In this document: in pieces, positions 43,897-55,555 of the stretch | How the letters are laid out: each line of letters opens with the position of its first letter | Numbering within the stretch: the first letter of the stretch is position 1 | Assembly (NCBI RefSeq): GCF_009909145.1 | Contig: NZ_JAAAPJ010000005.1 | Span: 528,470-592,469 of the forward strand | From: Corallococcus silvisoli | GTDB lineage: Bacteria; Myxococcota; Myxococcia; Myxococcales; Myxococcaceae | DNA length: 64,000 nt | Reading direction: 5' to 3' | Program-made: the position numbers and the translations under genes | The notes under the pieces: generated by a model | Seen by the model: the letters and a program-made list of their open reading frames with translations, nothing else | Told to the model about the DNA's origin: nothing | The model's database searches: none

Positions 43897-44907
43897 TCAC
43901 GGCGCGGGCGCGGTGGCGGTCGTCGCGGGCGCGCGGATGCGCTCGGAGAAGTCATCCCGCCCCTGCGCGGCCAGGGCGCGCGCGTTGATTTCATAGCGGC
44001 CGCGGACCTGCGACAGCGGCGCGTCCGTGTCGATGATGCCCAGCGAGTAGGCGAGCTCATCCGAGAACGCGGGCATCAACGTACGATGGTCGTACGGCAC
44101 GTTCCGCGTGGCCACCTTCTCGAAGTGGCGCACCAGGTTGGTGGTGCAGTTGCTGGTGAGCGTGTCGTAGAACTCCGGTGCCGCGTGCAGTCCGTTCATC
44201 CGCTGCACCATGTCCATGAAGAACGCGGCGATGCGTTCCCTGGATGCCTTCACGGGATACACATACACGGTGTCGTGTCGGAAGTTGGACCGCAGCTGCA
44301 CCAGGTCCCGCTCGTCTCCCACGACGTACGCCAGCTCGAAGCGGCGGAACAGCCCCCCCACCGCGGAGAACGTCTCCCCCTTCTCGCGCCGGACCTCCAC
44401 GGAGAACACCACGCGGCGGCCGTCCTGGAAGCCGAAGCTCACCATGGTGTGCGCCGCGCCGTAGAAGCCGGAGAACGGCTCCACGATGAAGGACGCCTCC
44501 GTGAGCGCCTCCGTGTCGTAGGTGGCCGTGTACCAGGCGGCATCCCAGTCCGTGGTGCTGCGGTAGCGGAAGTCGCGCACGTCGTGGATCGTCACCTGGG
44601 AGCCAGCCACCTCCGCCCACGGCGCCCGCGCCAGGTCCGGCGCCCAGTCCCGCGTGTTGGAGGGCCGCACGGTGCGCACCCAGCCGTAGACCATCAGACA
44701 CCCCAGCAGCGCCACCGCCACGCCCCAGCGCCGCGAGCGCCACCGCCACGCGGCCACCGCCGCGCCCAGGAGCAGCCCGGCCAGCAGGGCCCGCCCCACG
44801 TGCGGTCCCTCCGGGCCCGCCCCTGTCAGGGCCAGGGCGAGCGAGGCCCAGCCGCCCCCCACGAGGAGCACGAGGCCCGCGACGGCGTTCTTCACGATGC
44901 GCATGGG
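43897..44907 (-). CDS. DUF4105-like membrane protein (Lnb N-terminal periplasmic domain family)
   Basis: N-terminal TM helices. 'RDFRYRSTTDWDAAWYTATYDTEAL...FGFQDGRRVVFSVEVRREKGETFS' resembles DUF4105. Confidence 0.5.
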   Translation of the reverse strand, partial: PMRIVKNAVAGLVLLVGGGWASLALALTGAGPEGPHVGRALLAGLLLGAAVAAWRWRSRRWGVAVALLGCLMVYGWVRTVRPSNTRDWAPDLARAPWAEVAGSQVTIHDVRDFRYRSTTDWDAAWYTATYDTEALTEASFIVEPFSGFYGAAHTMVSFGFQDGRRVVFSVEVRREKGETFSAVGGLFRRFELAYVVGDERDLVQLRSNFRHDTVYVYPVKASRERIAAFFMDMVQRMNGLHAAPEFYDTLTSNCTTNLVRHFEKVATRNVPYDHRTLMPAFSDELAYSLGIIDTDAPLSQVRGRYEINARALAAQGRDDFSERIRAPATTATAPAP

Positions 44908-45090
44908 GCGGAGTATCCGTGCCGCCCCCCTGCCTGTCACGACCACGGATTCCGGGTGGAACCCCGCCGGGCGGGCAGGCGCGGATCCGCCCTCGTGGGC
45001 AGGACCGGTGAAGACCGCGTTCGCCTACCTTGACCGCTTTTCCCTGGGTGTGCGACGAAAGGGAGTCCCCAGCTTTCCAGGAGCCAGCCC

Positions 45091-45318
45091 ATGAGCGACG
45101 AGCGCGAAGACACGACCATCTACAAGGTCGTCGTGAACCACGAAGAGCAGTACTCCATCTGGCCCGCGGACCGCGAGAACGCGCTCGGCTGGAAGGACGC
45201 CGGCAAGCAGGGCCTCAAGGCCGAGTGCCTGGAGTACATCAAGGAGGTCTGGACGGACATGCGCCCCCTGAGCCTCCGCAAGAAGATGGAAGAGGACGCG
45301 GCCCGCAACAAGAACTGA
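45091..45318 (+). CDS. MbtH-like protein
   Basis: '[52 protein letters not shown]' is the canonical MbtH signature (N.EEQ.S.WP...P.GW......AECL.YI...WTDMRP.SL). AGGAG lies 8 nt upstream of the ATG. Confidence 0.9.
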   Translation: MSDEREDTTIYKVVVNHEEQYSIWPADRENALGWKDAGKQGLKAECLEYIKEVWTDMRPLSLRKKMEEDAARNKN

Positions 45319-45379
45319 AGGCCGCGCCGCCCTTCGCCGTGCCCTCCCCGTTTCACCGGGGAGGGTGGGCCGTCCCCGC

Positions 45380-46066
45380 CTAGAGGTCCGGCGGAGGCCT
45401 GACGCCCAGGTGGCAGGCGCGCAGCGCGAGCTGGGTGCGGTTCTCCGCGCCCAGCTTGCGGTAGAGCTGAGTGACGTGGGACTTCACGGTGCGCTCGGCG
45501 ATCTGCAGGTGCGCGGCGATCTTCAGGTTGTCCGCGCCTCCCGCCACGTACGCCAGCACCTCGCGCTCCCGCTGCGTGAGCAGCAGCAGCACGCTCGCCG
45601 TGGGTGACGTCACCGGCGGATGCTCGAAGTCATTGCGGAGCAGCTGCACCGGGAAGAGGCGTTCGCCCCGAACCAGCGACTGGACCGCGGAAGACACGGC
45701 GTTCACGCCCAGCCCCGCGCGGAAGAGGTAGCCCGAGGCGCCCTCGTCGAAGCACTGGGAGATGACCTCCGGCGTGCTCACCGCGGACAAGAGCAGCATG
45801 CGGACCTCCAGCCGGCGCTTGCGGGCCTCGCGCAGCAGGTTGAGCCCTTCCGTCACGGAGCAGCCAATGGCGGCTTCGCCATCGCTCTCCACGTCCAGAA
45901 TCGCCACCTGCGGCGGATCCGTTCCAAGCCCATCCAGGAAGCCGCGCACGTCGCGCGTCACCGAAGTGGAATGACCCTCACCCCGAAGCCCGTCCGAGAG
46001 GCCCTGCCAGGCCGCCCACGGTCCTTCGAGAATCGAAATACGAACTGCGGATTGATTCGCTGCCAT
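45380..46066 (-). CDS. LuxR/FixJ-type response regulator with atypical receiver domain
   Basis: C-terminal 'LTQREREVLAYVAGGADNLKIAAHLQIAERTVKSHVTQLYRKLG' (LuxR HTH). The receiver lacks the N-terminal acidic pair (LEGP instead of DD) and has Arg at the conserved Lys position, but keeps 'ILDVESDG'. Confidence 0.7.
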   Translation of the reverse strand: MAANQSAVRISILEGPWAAWQGLSDGLRGEGHSTSVTRDVRGFLDGLGTDPPQVAILDVESDGEAAIGCSVTEGLNLLREARKRRLEVRMLLLSAVSTPEVISQCFDEGASGYLFRAGLGVNAVSSAVQSLVRGERLFPVQLLRNDFEHPPVTSPTASVLLLLTQREREVLAYVAGGADNLKIAAHLQIAERTVKSHVTQLYRKLGAENRTQLALRACHLGVRPPPDL

Positions 46067-46549
46067 GCGATGGCCCCCCAGCCGTCGTGGCGAATTGCTT
46101 TCAATGCTACCTGTCGACTGCAACCTGCCCTGGAGTCGGTGGAACCGCGGCGGAACTTCCGCCAGTGCTGAGCGTGCGAGAACCGCGCTTCAACTCCATC
46201 CAGGGTTCTTGTCAGTGCTGCCCCGCGGACTGCGCTTGCGACTGCCGAACTGGCCCGTCCTGGCCGTTCCTCCTTTTACGTTTCAGGCAATTCCAGCCAA
46301 CCGAGACCCTAACACCATCCCAAGTCTCTTGCGAACCGACCCTGCCCGGACTGTCAATTGCGCACGAATCGCATCGAAATCCAGGGCCTCGTCCGTCAGG
46401 TCGTGATCGCTGTCGGCCGTGGGACACGCGTCCGGCGTCCACATTTCAATGTTTCGCGTGCTGTTTCGCCCCGCCGCCTTCATGCGGAGGGGATGCATGC
46501 GGATGGCGCGTCCTGGACGCCAAGGGCGTATGCTGTGCGTCCCACGCGC

Positions 46550-47329
46550 ATGACTCCCTCTGCCCCCGCACCCCATGTCGACGTCGCCACGCCCGAGCGG
46601 GTGGCTCTCTCCCTGCCCGTGGCCGGTATCGGCTACCGCTGTCTCGCGTGGCTGGTGGACGCAAGCCTGCTGTTCTTTTTCTGGGTGGCGCTCTACTTCG
46701 TCATCACGCTGCTGGTGTCCGACGTGCTGGGCGCGTTCCAGTCCCTGTCGGGGCTCACGCAGACGCTGTTCGCGGTGGGGCTCTTCGCCACGCAATGGCT
46801 GTACTGGACGCTGGCGGAGGTCTTCTTCCATGGACAGACACCGGGCAAACGCGCGCTGAGGATCCGCGTGGTGCGGGAGGATGGCTCGCCCGTGGGCTTC
46901 CTCGAAAGCGCCGTGCGCAACCTCTGCCGTGCAGTGGACTTCCTGCCGGTGCTCTACGCGACCGGCTGCATCACCATGCTGCTGGACGCAAGGCACCGCC
47001 GGTTGGGAGACCTGCTCGCGGGCACCGTGCTGGTGCGCGAGGAGGCCATCGACCTGGACAAGTACACGCGTCCCGCCGCGTCCGAAGCCGCGGCCCAGGC
47101 CATGACGGCCACCGCCGCGCAGCGGCCCCTGGGCGCGGAGGACGTGGAGCTGGTGCTGGCCTTCCTCGCGCGCGCCCCGGGCCTGGCGCCGGACGTGCGG
47201 CGCCGGCTGGGCGCACGGCTGGTGGACCGCGTGGGAGCCACGCTGACGGACGAGGAGCGCGCCCAGGTGCTCCAGACTCCGGAGGCCCTGGAGTCCTTCT
47301 TGCGCACGCGCGCGCAGGCGGCCCACTGA
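46550..47329 (+). CDS. RDD-family membrane protein
   Basis: 'YRCLAWLVDASLLFF...GQTPGKRALRIRVVREDGSPVGFLESAVRNLCRAVDFLP' is the RDD motif. Start choice (46550 vs 46493) uncertain. Confidence 0.65.
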   Translation: MTPSAPAPHVDVATPERVALSLPVAGIGYRCLAWLVDASLLFFFWVALYFVITLLVSDVLGAFQSLSGLTQTLFAVGLFATQWLYWTLAEVFFHGQTPGKRALRIRVVREDGSPVGFLESAVRNLCRAVDFLPVLYATGCITMLLDARHRRLGDLLAGTVLVREEAIDLDKYTRPAASEAAAQAMTATAAQRPLGAEDVELVLAFLARAPGLAPDVRRRLGARLVDRVGATLTDEERAQVLQTPEALESFLRTRAQAAH

Positions 47330-47330
47330 C

Positions 47331-48341
47331 ATGGCCACGCCCCTGCCCGCCTTCGTCGCCCGGCGCCGCCCGGACTGGGACGCGCTCCAGGCGCTGCTCG
47401 CGCGCCAGCGCGCGGGCCGCTTGCACCTGGAGGAGCTGCGAACGCTGGACACGCTCTACCGGCGCGCGTCCGCGGACCTGGCGCGGGCGCAGACGTTCTA
47501 CCCGGGCACGGACGCGCACCGCTTCCTCAACCAGCTCTGCGGCCAGGCCTACGGCGCCATCTACCAGCCCCCCCGCGAGCGCTGGGCCTCCACGCGAGAC
47601 TTCTTCCTTCGCGACTTCCCGGCCACCCTGCGCCGCGAGGCGCGCTTCGTGGGCGTGAGCGCGGGGATGCTGGTGCTGGGGCTGCTGCTGGGCGCGCTGG
47701 TGGTGACGCTGGAGCCGCGCGGCGCGGAGTTGCTCGTGCCGGAGGGTGTGCGGCGCTACGTGGCGCAGGGGCGCATGTGGACGGATGACATCCTGTCGGT
47801 GGCGCCGCCCAACGCGGTGGCCTCGGGCATCGCCACCAACAACCTCACCGTCACGCTGTTCGCGTTCGCGTCCGGCATCCTGTTGGGCGTGGGGCCCATC
47901 TTCACGCTCGTGAACAACGGGGTGCTCATTGGCGCGGTGGGCGCGCTGTGCTTCCGCGAGGGCATGACGGTGGGCTTCCTGGACTTCATCGCCGCGCACG
48001 GGCCGGTGGAGCTGTCCATCATCGTCATCGCGGGCGGCGCGGGCCTGATGGTGGGCCAGGCGCTCATCGACCCTGGTGAGCTGCCCCGCGCGCAGGCGCT
48101 CCAGGCGCGCGGACGCGAGGCGGTGAAGCTGGTGGTGGGCTGCGCGCCCTTCCTCGCCGGCATCGGCATGGTGGAGGGCTTCATCTCCCCGGGCCACCTC
48201 TTCCCCACCTGGGCGAAGGTGGGGCTGGGCCTGTCGCTGGGAGCGCTCTTCTGGTTCTACCTGCTGCGCGCGGGCAGGACGGACGCGGGCGCCACGCGCG
48301 ACGCGGTGCCGGAGGACAGGGCCTCCAGCCGCTTGCGCTGA
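47331..48341 (+). CDS. SpoIIM/DUF95-family integral membrane protein
   Basis: Multi-TM. 'NNLTVTLFAFASGILLGVGPIFTLVNNGVLIGAV' is typical of DUF95/stage II sporulation M-like proteins, which often pair with RDD genes. Starts 2 nt after the RDD stop. Confidence 0.6.
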   Translation: MATPLPAFVARRRPDWDALQALLARQRAGRLHLEELRTLDTLYRRASADLARAQTFYPGTDAHRFLNQLCGQAYGAIYQPPRERWASTRDFFLRDFPATLRREARFVGVSAGMLVLGLLLGALVVTLEPRGAELLVPEGVRRYVAQGRMWTDDILSVAPPNAVASGIATNNLTVTLFAFASGILLGVGPIFTLVNNGVLIGAVGALCFREGMTVGFLDFIAAHGPVELSIIVIAGGAGLMVGQALIDPGELPRAQALQARGREAVKLVVGCAPFLAGIGMVEGFISPGHLFPTWAKVGLGLSLGALFWFYLLRAGRTDAGATRDAVPEDRASSRLR

Positions 48342-48772
48342 CGGTGCTTGAGGATGCGCTCGTAGGCGGCGTTCAGCTCGCGCATCTGCTCCGCGGAGCC
48401 GCCCCGGTCCGGGTGCCGCTCCATGGCCAGCGCGTGAAACCGCGCGCGCACCACGTCCGGCGAATCCAGCGGCGAGACGCCCATCGTCTGGTACGGGCAC
48501 TGCTCCTGGACGGCGGTGAGCCACTTGTCCAGCCGGTCCTTCACCTCCACGAAGCGCGCATCCGCGTCCGCGGTGTCCTTCACCGGGTGCGTGCGCATCT
48601 TCGCGTCCGCGCGGAAGACCTCGCTGTAGGTGCTGGACACCCAGCGGTGGCATGAGCCGCACCGGTAGTACTTCACCCGGCTTCCCGCCTGGAGCGTCAT
48701 CATCACGCCGCAGTGGGTGCACTCCACCGTGACATTCTCCAGTGTCTGCCAGCTCGCGACCGCCGCACCCAT
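48257..48772 (-). CDS. J-domain (DnaJ-like) protein with N-terminal Cys4 zinc-ribbon
   Basis: Zn ribbon 'CTHCGVMMT...YYRCGSCHRW'. J domain 'SPDVVRARFHALAMERHPDRGGSAEQMRELNAAYERI' (HPD motif). Confidence 0.7.
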   Translation of the reverse strand: MGAAVASWQTLENVTVECTHCGVMMTLQAGSRVKYYRCGSCHRWVSSTYSEVFRADAKMRTHPVKDTADADARFVEVKDRLDKWLTAVQEQCPYQTMGVSPLDSPDVVRARFHALAMERHPDRGGSAEQMRELNAAYERILKHRQRKRLEALSSGTASRVAPASVLPARSR

Positions 48773-48918
48773 GGTCTCTTCGCCCTCCGTTCGCAACACG
48801 CCTGTAGCAGCGGCAACCTCCCACGTCCGGCGATCCCGTCAAGAAAATGTCGCCACCGACCCAGGGGATGGGGGTGCCGTGCTGCCGGGCCTCCAGGGTT
48901 TCGGGTAGAACGAGGCCC

Positions 48919-49479
48919 ATGCGACCGCTCCTCGCCGCCGCCCTGCTCCTGACCGCCGCCGCCCACGCCCAGGCCCCGTCGGCCCCGGCCAGGGCCGCCT
49001 CCCCGAAGGCCGCGCCAGAGAAGGCCGCGCCGGAGAAGGCCGCCCGGCCCCCCACGGAAGCGCCCTCCCCGGACGCCGCCCTCCTGAGGGGCCTGCTGTG
49101 GGCCGCGGAGCCGGCACCGGAGGAGATCCGCACGCTCGCCATCGAGGACCTGGCGCTCCTGGGGGACGCGCGCGCCCTGGACCCGCTGGCCGCGTACATC
49201 TGGGACCCGAACCCGCGCATCCAGCAGGCGGCGCTGCGCGCGGTGGCGCTCTTCCAGCACCGCCGCGCGGAGGAGATCCTGGGCAACGTCGTGCGCCACC
49301 CGCGCCTGCCGGACGCGCTGAAGATCCAGGCGCTGGGGGGCCTGCTCTACCAGCGCACCGCCACCGCGCGCCGGGTCGTGCAGGACGTGGCCGCGGACAG
49401 CCGCCTGGGCTACGCGGTGCAGAACGCCGCGCGCTCGGTGGCGTCTCAGTGGGAAGCCTCCACGGCCCCGGCCCCCTGA
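48919..49479 (+). CDS. Secreted HEAT/PBS-lyase-type repeat protein
   Basis: Signal peptide 'MRPLLAAALLLTAAAHAQA'. Repeated 'D.N.RI...ALRALA' HEAT-like units. Confidence 0.55.
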   Translation: MRPLLAAALLLTAAAHAQAPSAPARAASPKAAPEKAAPEKAARPPTEAPSPDAALLRGLLWAAEPAPEEIRTLAIEDLALLGDARALDPLAAYIWDPNPRIQQAALRAVALFQHRRAEEILGNVVRHPRLPDALKIQALGGLLYQRTATARRVVQDVAADSRLGYAVQNAARSVASQWEASTAPAP

Positions 49480-49593
49480 GGCCCGGCTGCCCGCCTGCCC
49501 GCCCGCCAGGCGCCATGACCCAGGCACCCCGCGCGTCTCCGCCCCCGGGGCCGATTCCTGGAGTGCGCCCGTGTATGGGTTAGACTGGCGCGC

Positions 49594-50121
49594 ATGAAGA
49601 TCACCCCGCTCGACATCCGGCAGAAGCGCTTCGAGACGGCGATGCGCGGCTTCGCGCGTCCCGAAGTGGGCGCGTACCTGGAGCTGATCGCCGGCGAGTT
49701 CGAGGAGGTGGTGAAGGAGAACATCGCGCTCAAGGAGGAGCTGAAGCGCACGCAGCACAAGCTCGAAACGCACCAGGAGCGCGAGCGCACCCTCCAGGAG
49801 ACGATGGTCACCGCCCAGCGCATCAGCGAGGACCTGAAGGACGCCGCGAAGAAGGAAGCGGAGATCATCATCGCGGACGCGGAGCACCAGGCGGAGAAGA
49901 TCGTCCACGGCGCGCACCAGCGGCTGGTGCAGGTCGTGGAGGACATCAACGAGCTCAAGCGTCAGCGCACCCAGTTCGAATCGCAGGTGCGCTCCGTGGT
50001 GGAGGCCCACCGCAAGCTGCTGGAGACCTTCGCCGCCCCCACCTTCGCGGACCGCGACTACGCGCGCGTGGAGGACAACGTCTCCTTCCTGTCGCAGAAG
50101 AAGGCCACCTCCAACGACTAG
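49594..50121 (+). CDS. DivIVA-domain protein
   Basis: 'MKITPLDIRQKRFETAMRGFARPEVGAYLE' is the DivIVA N-terminal signature, followed by coiled coil. Confidence 0.85.
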   Translation: MKITPLDIRQKRFETAMRGFARPEVGAYLELIAGEFEEVVKENIALKEELKRTQHKLETHQERERTLQETMVTAQRISEDLKDAAKKEAEIIIADAEHQAEKIVHGAHQRLVQVVEDINELKRQRTQFESQVRSVVEAHRKLLETFAAPTFADRDYARVEDNVSFLSQKKATSND

Positions 50122-50128
50122 CGCCCCG

Positions 50129-50428
50129 GTGCCCGCCCCCTGGCTCAAAGCGCTGCCGGAGGGAGTGGAGCTGACGGTGCTCGTCCAGCCGCGCGCGTCC
50201 CGCACGAAGGTGGTGGGCGAACATGACGGCCAGCTGAAGATTCAGCTCGCCGCGCCCCCGGTGGATGGCGAAGCGAATGCCGCCCTGGTGGAATTCATCG
50301 CCAAAAGGCTGGGTGTGCCCCGTCGGCAGGTGACACTCACCGCCGGTGACACGTCGCGCCGTAAGCGATTGAGGGTGGAGGGGGTTGATGCGGCGGCGGT
50401 CGAGGCTGTTATCTCTGGTGGACCGTGA
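50129..50428 (+). CDS. YggU-family protein (DUF167)
   Basis: 'VLVQPRASRTKVVGEHDGQLKIQLAAPPVDGEANAALVEFIAKRLGVPRRQVTLTAG' is the DUF167 signature. Confidence 0.8.
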   Translation: MPAPWLKALPEGVELTVLVQPRASRTKVVGEHDGQLKIQLAAPPVDGEANAALVEFIAKRLGVPRRQVTLTAGDTSRRKRLRVEGVDAAAVEAVISGGP

Positions 50429-50436
50429 GGCCACGC

Positions 50437-51714
50437 ATGCTCCGCCTGTTCGCATTCCTGATGATGCTGCTGGCCTCGCCCGGGGTGTTCGCGCAGGAAG
50501 AGGGTCCGCGCGGCATCCACGCCACGGAGGCCGTCGTCACCGACGCCGCGCTCGTGCCCCACGCCCGCCCCGCGCTGGTGGCGGGTGAGCTGCGCACGCA
50601 GCGCTTCGTCATCCTCCACACAGCGAAGGCGGCGGGCGCGGCCCGGGCGCTGGCCGGGCAGATTGAAGGCGTGCGGGATGCCTTCGGCGCGATGCTCGGG
50701 CGCGACTGGCCGGGCACCACGGAGATCCGCCTGGGCGTGGGCCGGGACGAGTTCGAGGCGCTGGCGCTGCCGGGCGGCAAGCCCCCGGGCTGGGCGGTGG
50801 CGCTCGCGTACCCCGGGCATCAAATCATCCTGCTGGACGCGCTGAGCCTGAGCGACGCGGAAGGCCCCACCACGCTCCGCCACGAGCTGGCGCACGTGGC
50901 GCTGGGGCAGTTGGCGAAGGACTGGCCGCGCTGGTTCCAGGAGGGCGTGGCGCAGAACCTCACCGACGAGCGCTACTCCGTCGCCCACTACACCGCCCTC
51001 TTCCGGGCGGTGACGCAGGAGCGCGTTTTCCACTTCGAGGACCTGTCCGACGACTGGCCGGACGTGCCCGCGGACGTGGAGATCGCCTATGCGCAGAGCG
51101 CCGCCTTCGTCGCGTACCTCACCGGGAAGCATGGCCCGCATGCCATGGGGCTGCTGGTGGACGGCGTGCGCGCGGGTGAGCCCTTCGAGCAGGCCTTCGG
51201 CAAGGCGTTCCACTCGTCGCTGCTGCTGGAGGAGCAGGACTGGAGGAACGGGCTCGCGGCGCGCTACGGCTGGCTGCCGCTCACCACCAGCTCCGCGCTC
51301 CTGTGGCTCACCGCCTCCGTCCTGTGCGTGGCCGCCTTCGTGCGCCGGATGCGGCAGAAGGCCGCGCGGATGACGGAGCTGGCCGCCGAGGACGCCGCCG
51401 AGGACGCCGCGCTGCGCCTGCTCGCCGCGGCCCGCGCCGCGGGGCCGGTGGACGGCGCCGAACCCCTCTCCCCCGCCCTGCCCTGGCCGGAGTGGCCTGG
51501 CGCCACCACGCCCGCGCCGCCCAACCCCTCCGCCGCCCCCGCCCAGCCGGAAGCCCTGGAGGGCGCTCCGGAGGCGCTGGAGTCTGGTTCCGCCCTGCCA
51601 GAAGCCCCGGAGGACCTGGGCGCGGGCGACGAGGAGCCGGAGTCCTCCAGCGGCGAGTACGAGCTGGAAGGCGAGTCCCCGGCGGGCCGTCCGCCCAAGC
51701 CGACGCTCCACTGA
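50437..51714 (+). CDS. Secreted/membrane-anchored HExxH-motif protein (peptidase-MA-like) with acidic Pro/Ala/Glu-rich C-terminal tail
   Basis: Signal peptide 'MLRLFAFLMMLLASPGVFAQ'. 'TLRHELAHVALG' HExxH. TM helix 'LLWLTASVLCVAAFV'. Acidic low-complexity tail. Confidence 0.55.
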   Translation: MLRLFAFLMMLLASPGVFAQEEGPRGIHATEAVVTDAALVPHARPALVAGELRTQRFVILHTAKAAGAARALAGQIEGVRDAFGAMLGRDWPGTTEIRLGVGRDEFEALALPGGKPPGWAVALAYPGHQIILLDALSLSDAEGPTTLRHELAHVALGQLAKDWPRWFQEGVAQNLTDERYSVAHYTALFRAVTQERVFHFEDLSDDWPDVPADVEIAYAQSAAFVAYLTGKHGPHAMGLLVDGVRAGEPFEQAFGKAFHSSLLLEEQDWRNGLAARYGWLPLTTSSALLWLTASVLCVAAFVRRMRQKAARMTELAAEDAAEDAALRLLAAARAAGPVDGAEPLSPALPWPEWPGATTPAPPNPSAAPAQPEALEGAPEALESGSALPEAPEDLGAGDEEPESSSGEYELEGESPAGRPPKPTLH

Positions 51715-51861
51715 AGGGCCCGCGCTGCCCAGGCAGGGAAGGTTCTTCCCCCCACCCCCTGGATTTCAACAACCGCCCCGTAGGATTTACGCACTCCGGC
51801 CTCCCTCCGGGGCCGCGCCTCTGCCCAAGGGTTTGGATTCACTGGGAACGGGGACACGTCT

Positions 51862-51878
51862 GGCGTTGGCAAAGCCCT
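51862..51878 (+). promoter_or_regulatory. Candidate sigma54 (-24/-12) promoter element TGGCAAAGCCCTTGCT
   Basis: GG-N10-GC spacing with TGGCA...TTGC identical in spacing to the sigma54 consensus. Immediately upstream of, and overlapping, the ORF at 51883. Confidence 0.35.
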
Positions 51879-51882
51879 TGCT

Positions 51883-52440
51883 ATGTCCCTGCTCGCGATG
51901 CGGACGACAGCGGACATGGCGGCGGAGCGGGGTCGGAAGAAGGCCGGGGCGGCCCGGGTCTTCAGCAAGCAGCCTGAGCGCATCGCGGCGCTGTGGCGGC
52001 GGATGCGTCTGGCGGCGCACGAGGGCCAGGGCGCTCCGGTCGCCAGCCTGCTGGACGGACTGGTGGAGCCCTTCGTCCGGGAGCTGGGACTGACGCTGGA
52101 AGGCGTGGAGTCCAGCCCGTGGAGCCGCACCCGCGCGGTGCTGCGCCTGGCGCCGGAGCGTGGCGCGCGCGCCCTGCACGACGAGTTCGCGCTGCTGCGC
52201 CGGTGCCTGGTGGACGCCCTGGAGGTCCTGGGCGGAGGGGACGCGGAGCGCCAGCGCATCAACCGCGCGCTGGACGAGGCCGTGGACAGCGCGGTGGCGC
52301 TCCTCCAACGGCTGGCGGACCCGAAGGCGGATGGGCCGCGGGTGCCCTTTGGCGGGTTGGTGGTGGAGTACTTCGAGCGACCGTCCCATGCGCGCAAGGC
52401 CCCGGTGGGCCGTCGCGACGAGCGGTCCGCGATGCACTGA
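51883..52440 (+). CDS. Hypothetical protein
   Basis: 185-aa ORF, no recognised domain. Possible sigma54-type promoter overlaps the annotated start, so the true start may be a downstream ATG. Confidence 0.4.
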   Translation: MSLLAMRTTADMAAERGRKKAGAARVFSKQPERIAALWRRMRLAAHEGQGAPVASLLDGLVEPFVRELGLTLEGVESSPWSRTRAVLRLAPERGARALHDEFALLRRCLVDALEVLGGGDAERQRINRALDEAVDSAVALLQRLADPKADGPRVPFGGLVVEYFERPSHARKAPVGRRDERSAMH

Positions 52441-52793
52441 GTGGGATTCCAGCGCGCGGGTGGCGCTGAGGTGATGTCGCAAGGGTTTGCCGATCCGTCC
52501 GGCTTGACGCTTCTCTCAACAGGAGGGTCCGGGGTCTGGCGGGAGGGTGCGCTGTCGCGGATGGGGGTCCGCGATGCGCCTTGAGGGAGCGTGCTCCTGC
52601 TCGGGGGAGCGGTGAGCGCGCACACAGGTTCGAACGCCGGAACGCGTGGATGGGGGTCCGCGCGCTCCGCCGGTCGGACGGATCGGCATGTTTTGTCAGG
52701 GGGAATTGGGACGGGGGTCGCGGGAGGGCGCCTACGGGGGTGGGCGCTCTCCCGCATGTCTTCGTCCGCGAGGCCGTGGGCCCGCGAGGCGCG

Positions 52794-55496
<2,703 letters not shown>

Positions 55497-55555
55497 CCCC
55501 CGTCCCTAGCGCGCCTCCCGGCGCCTGTCCATGAAGCCCGTACCGGCGCTTCAGC

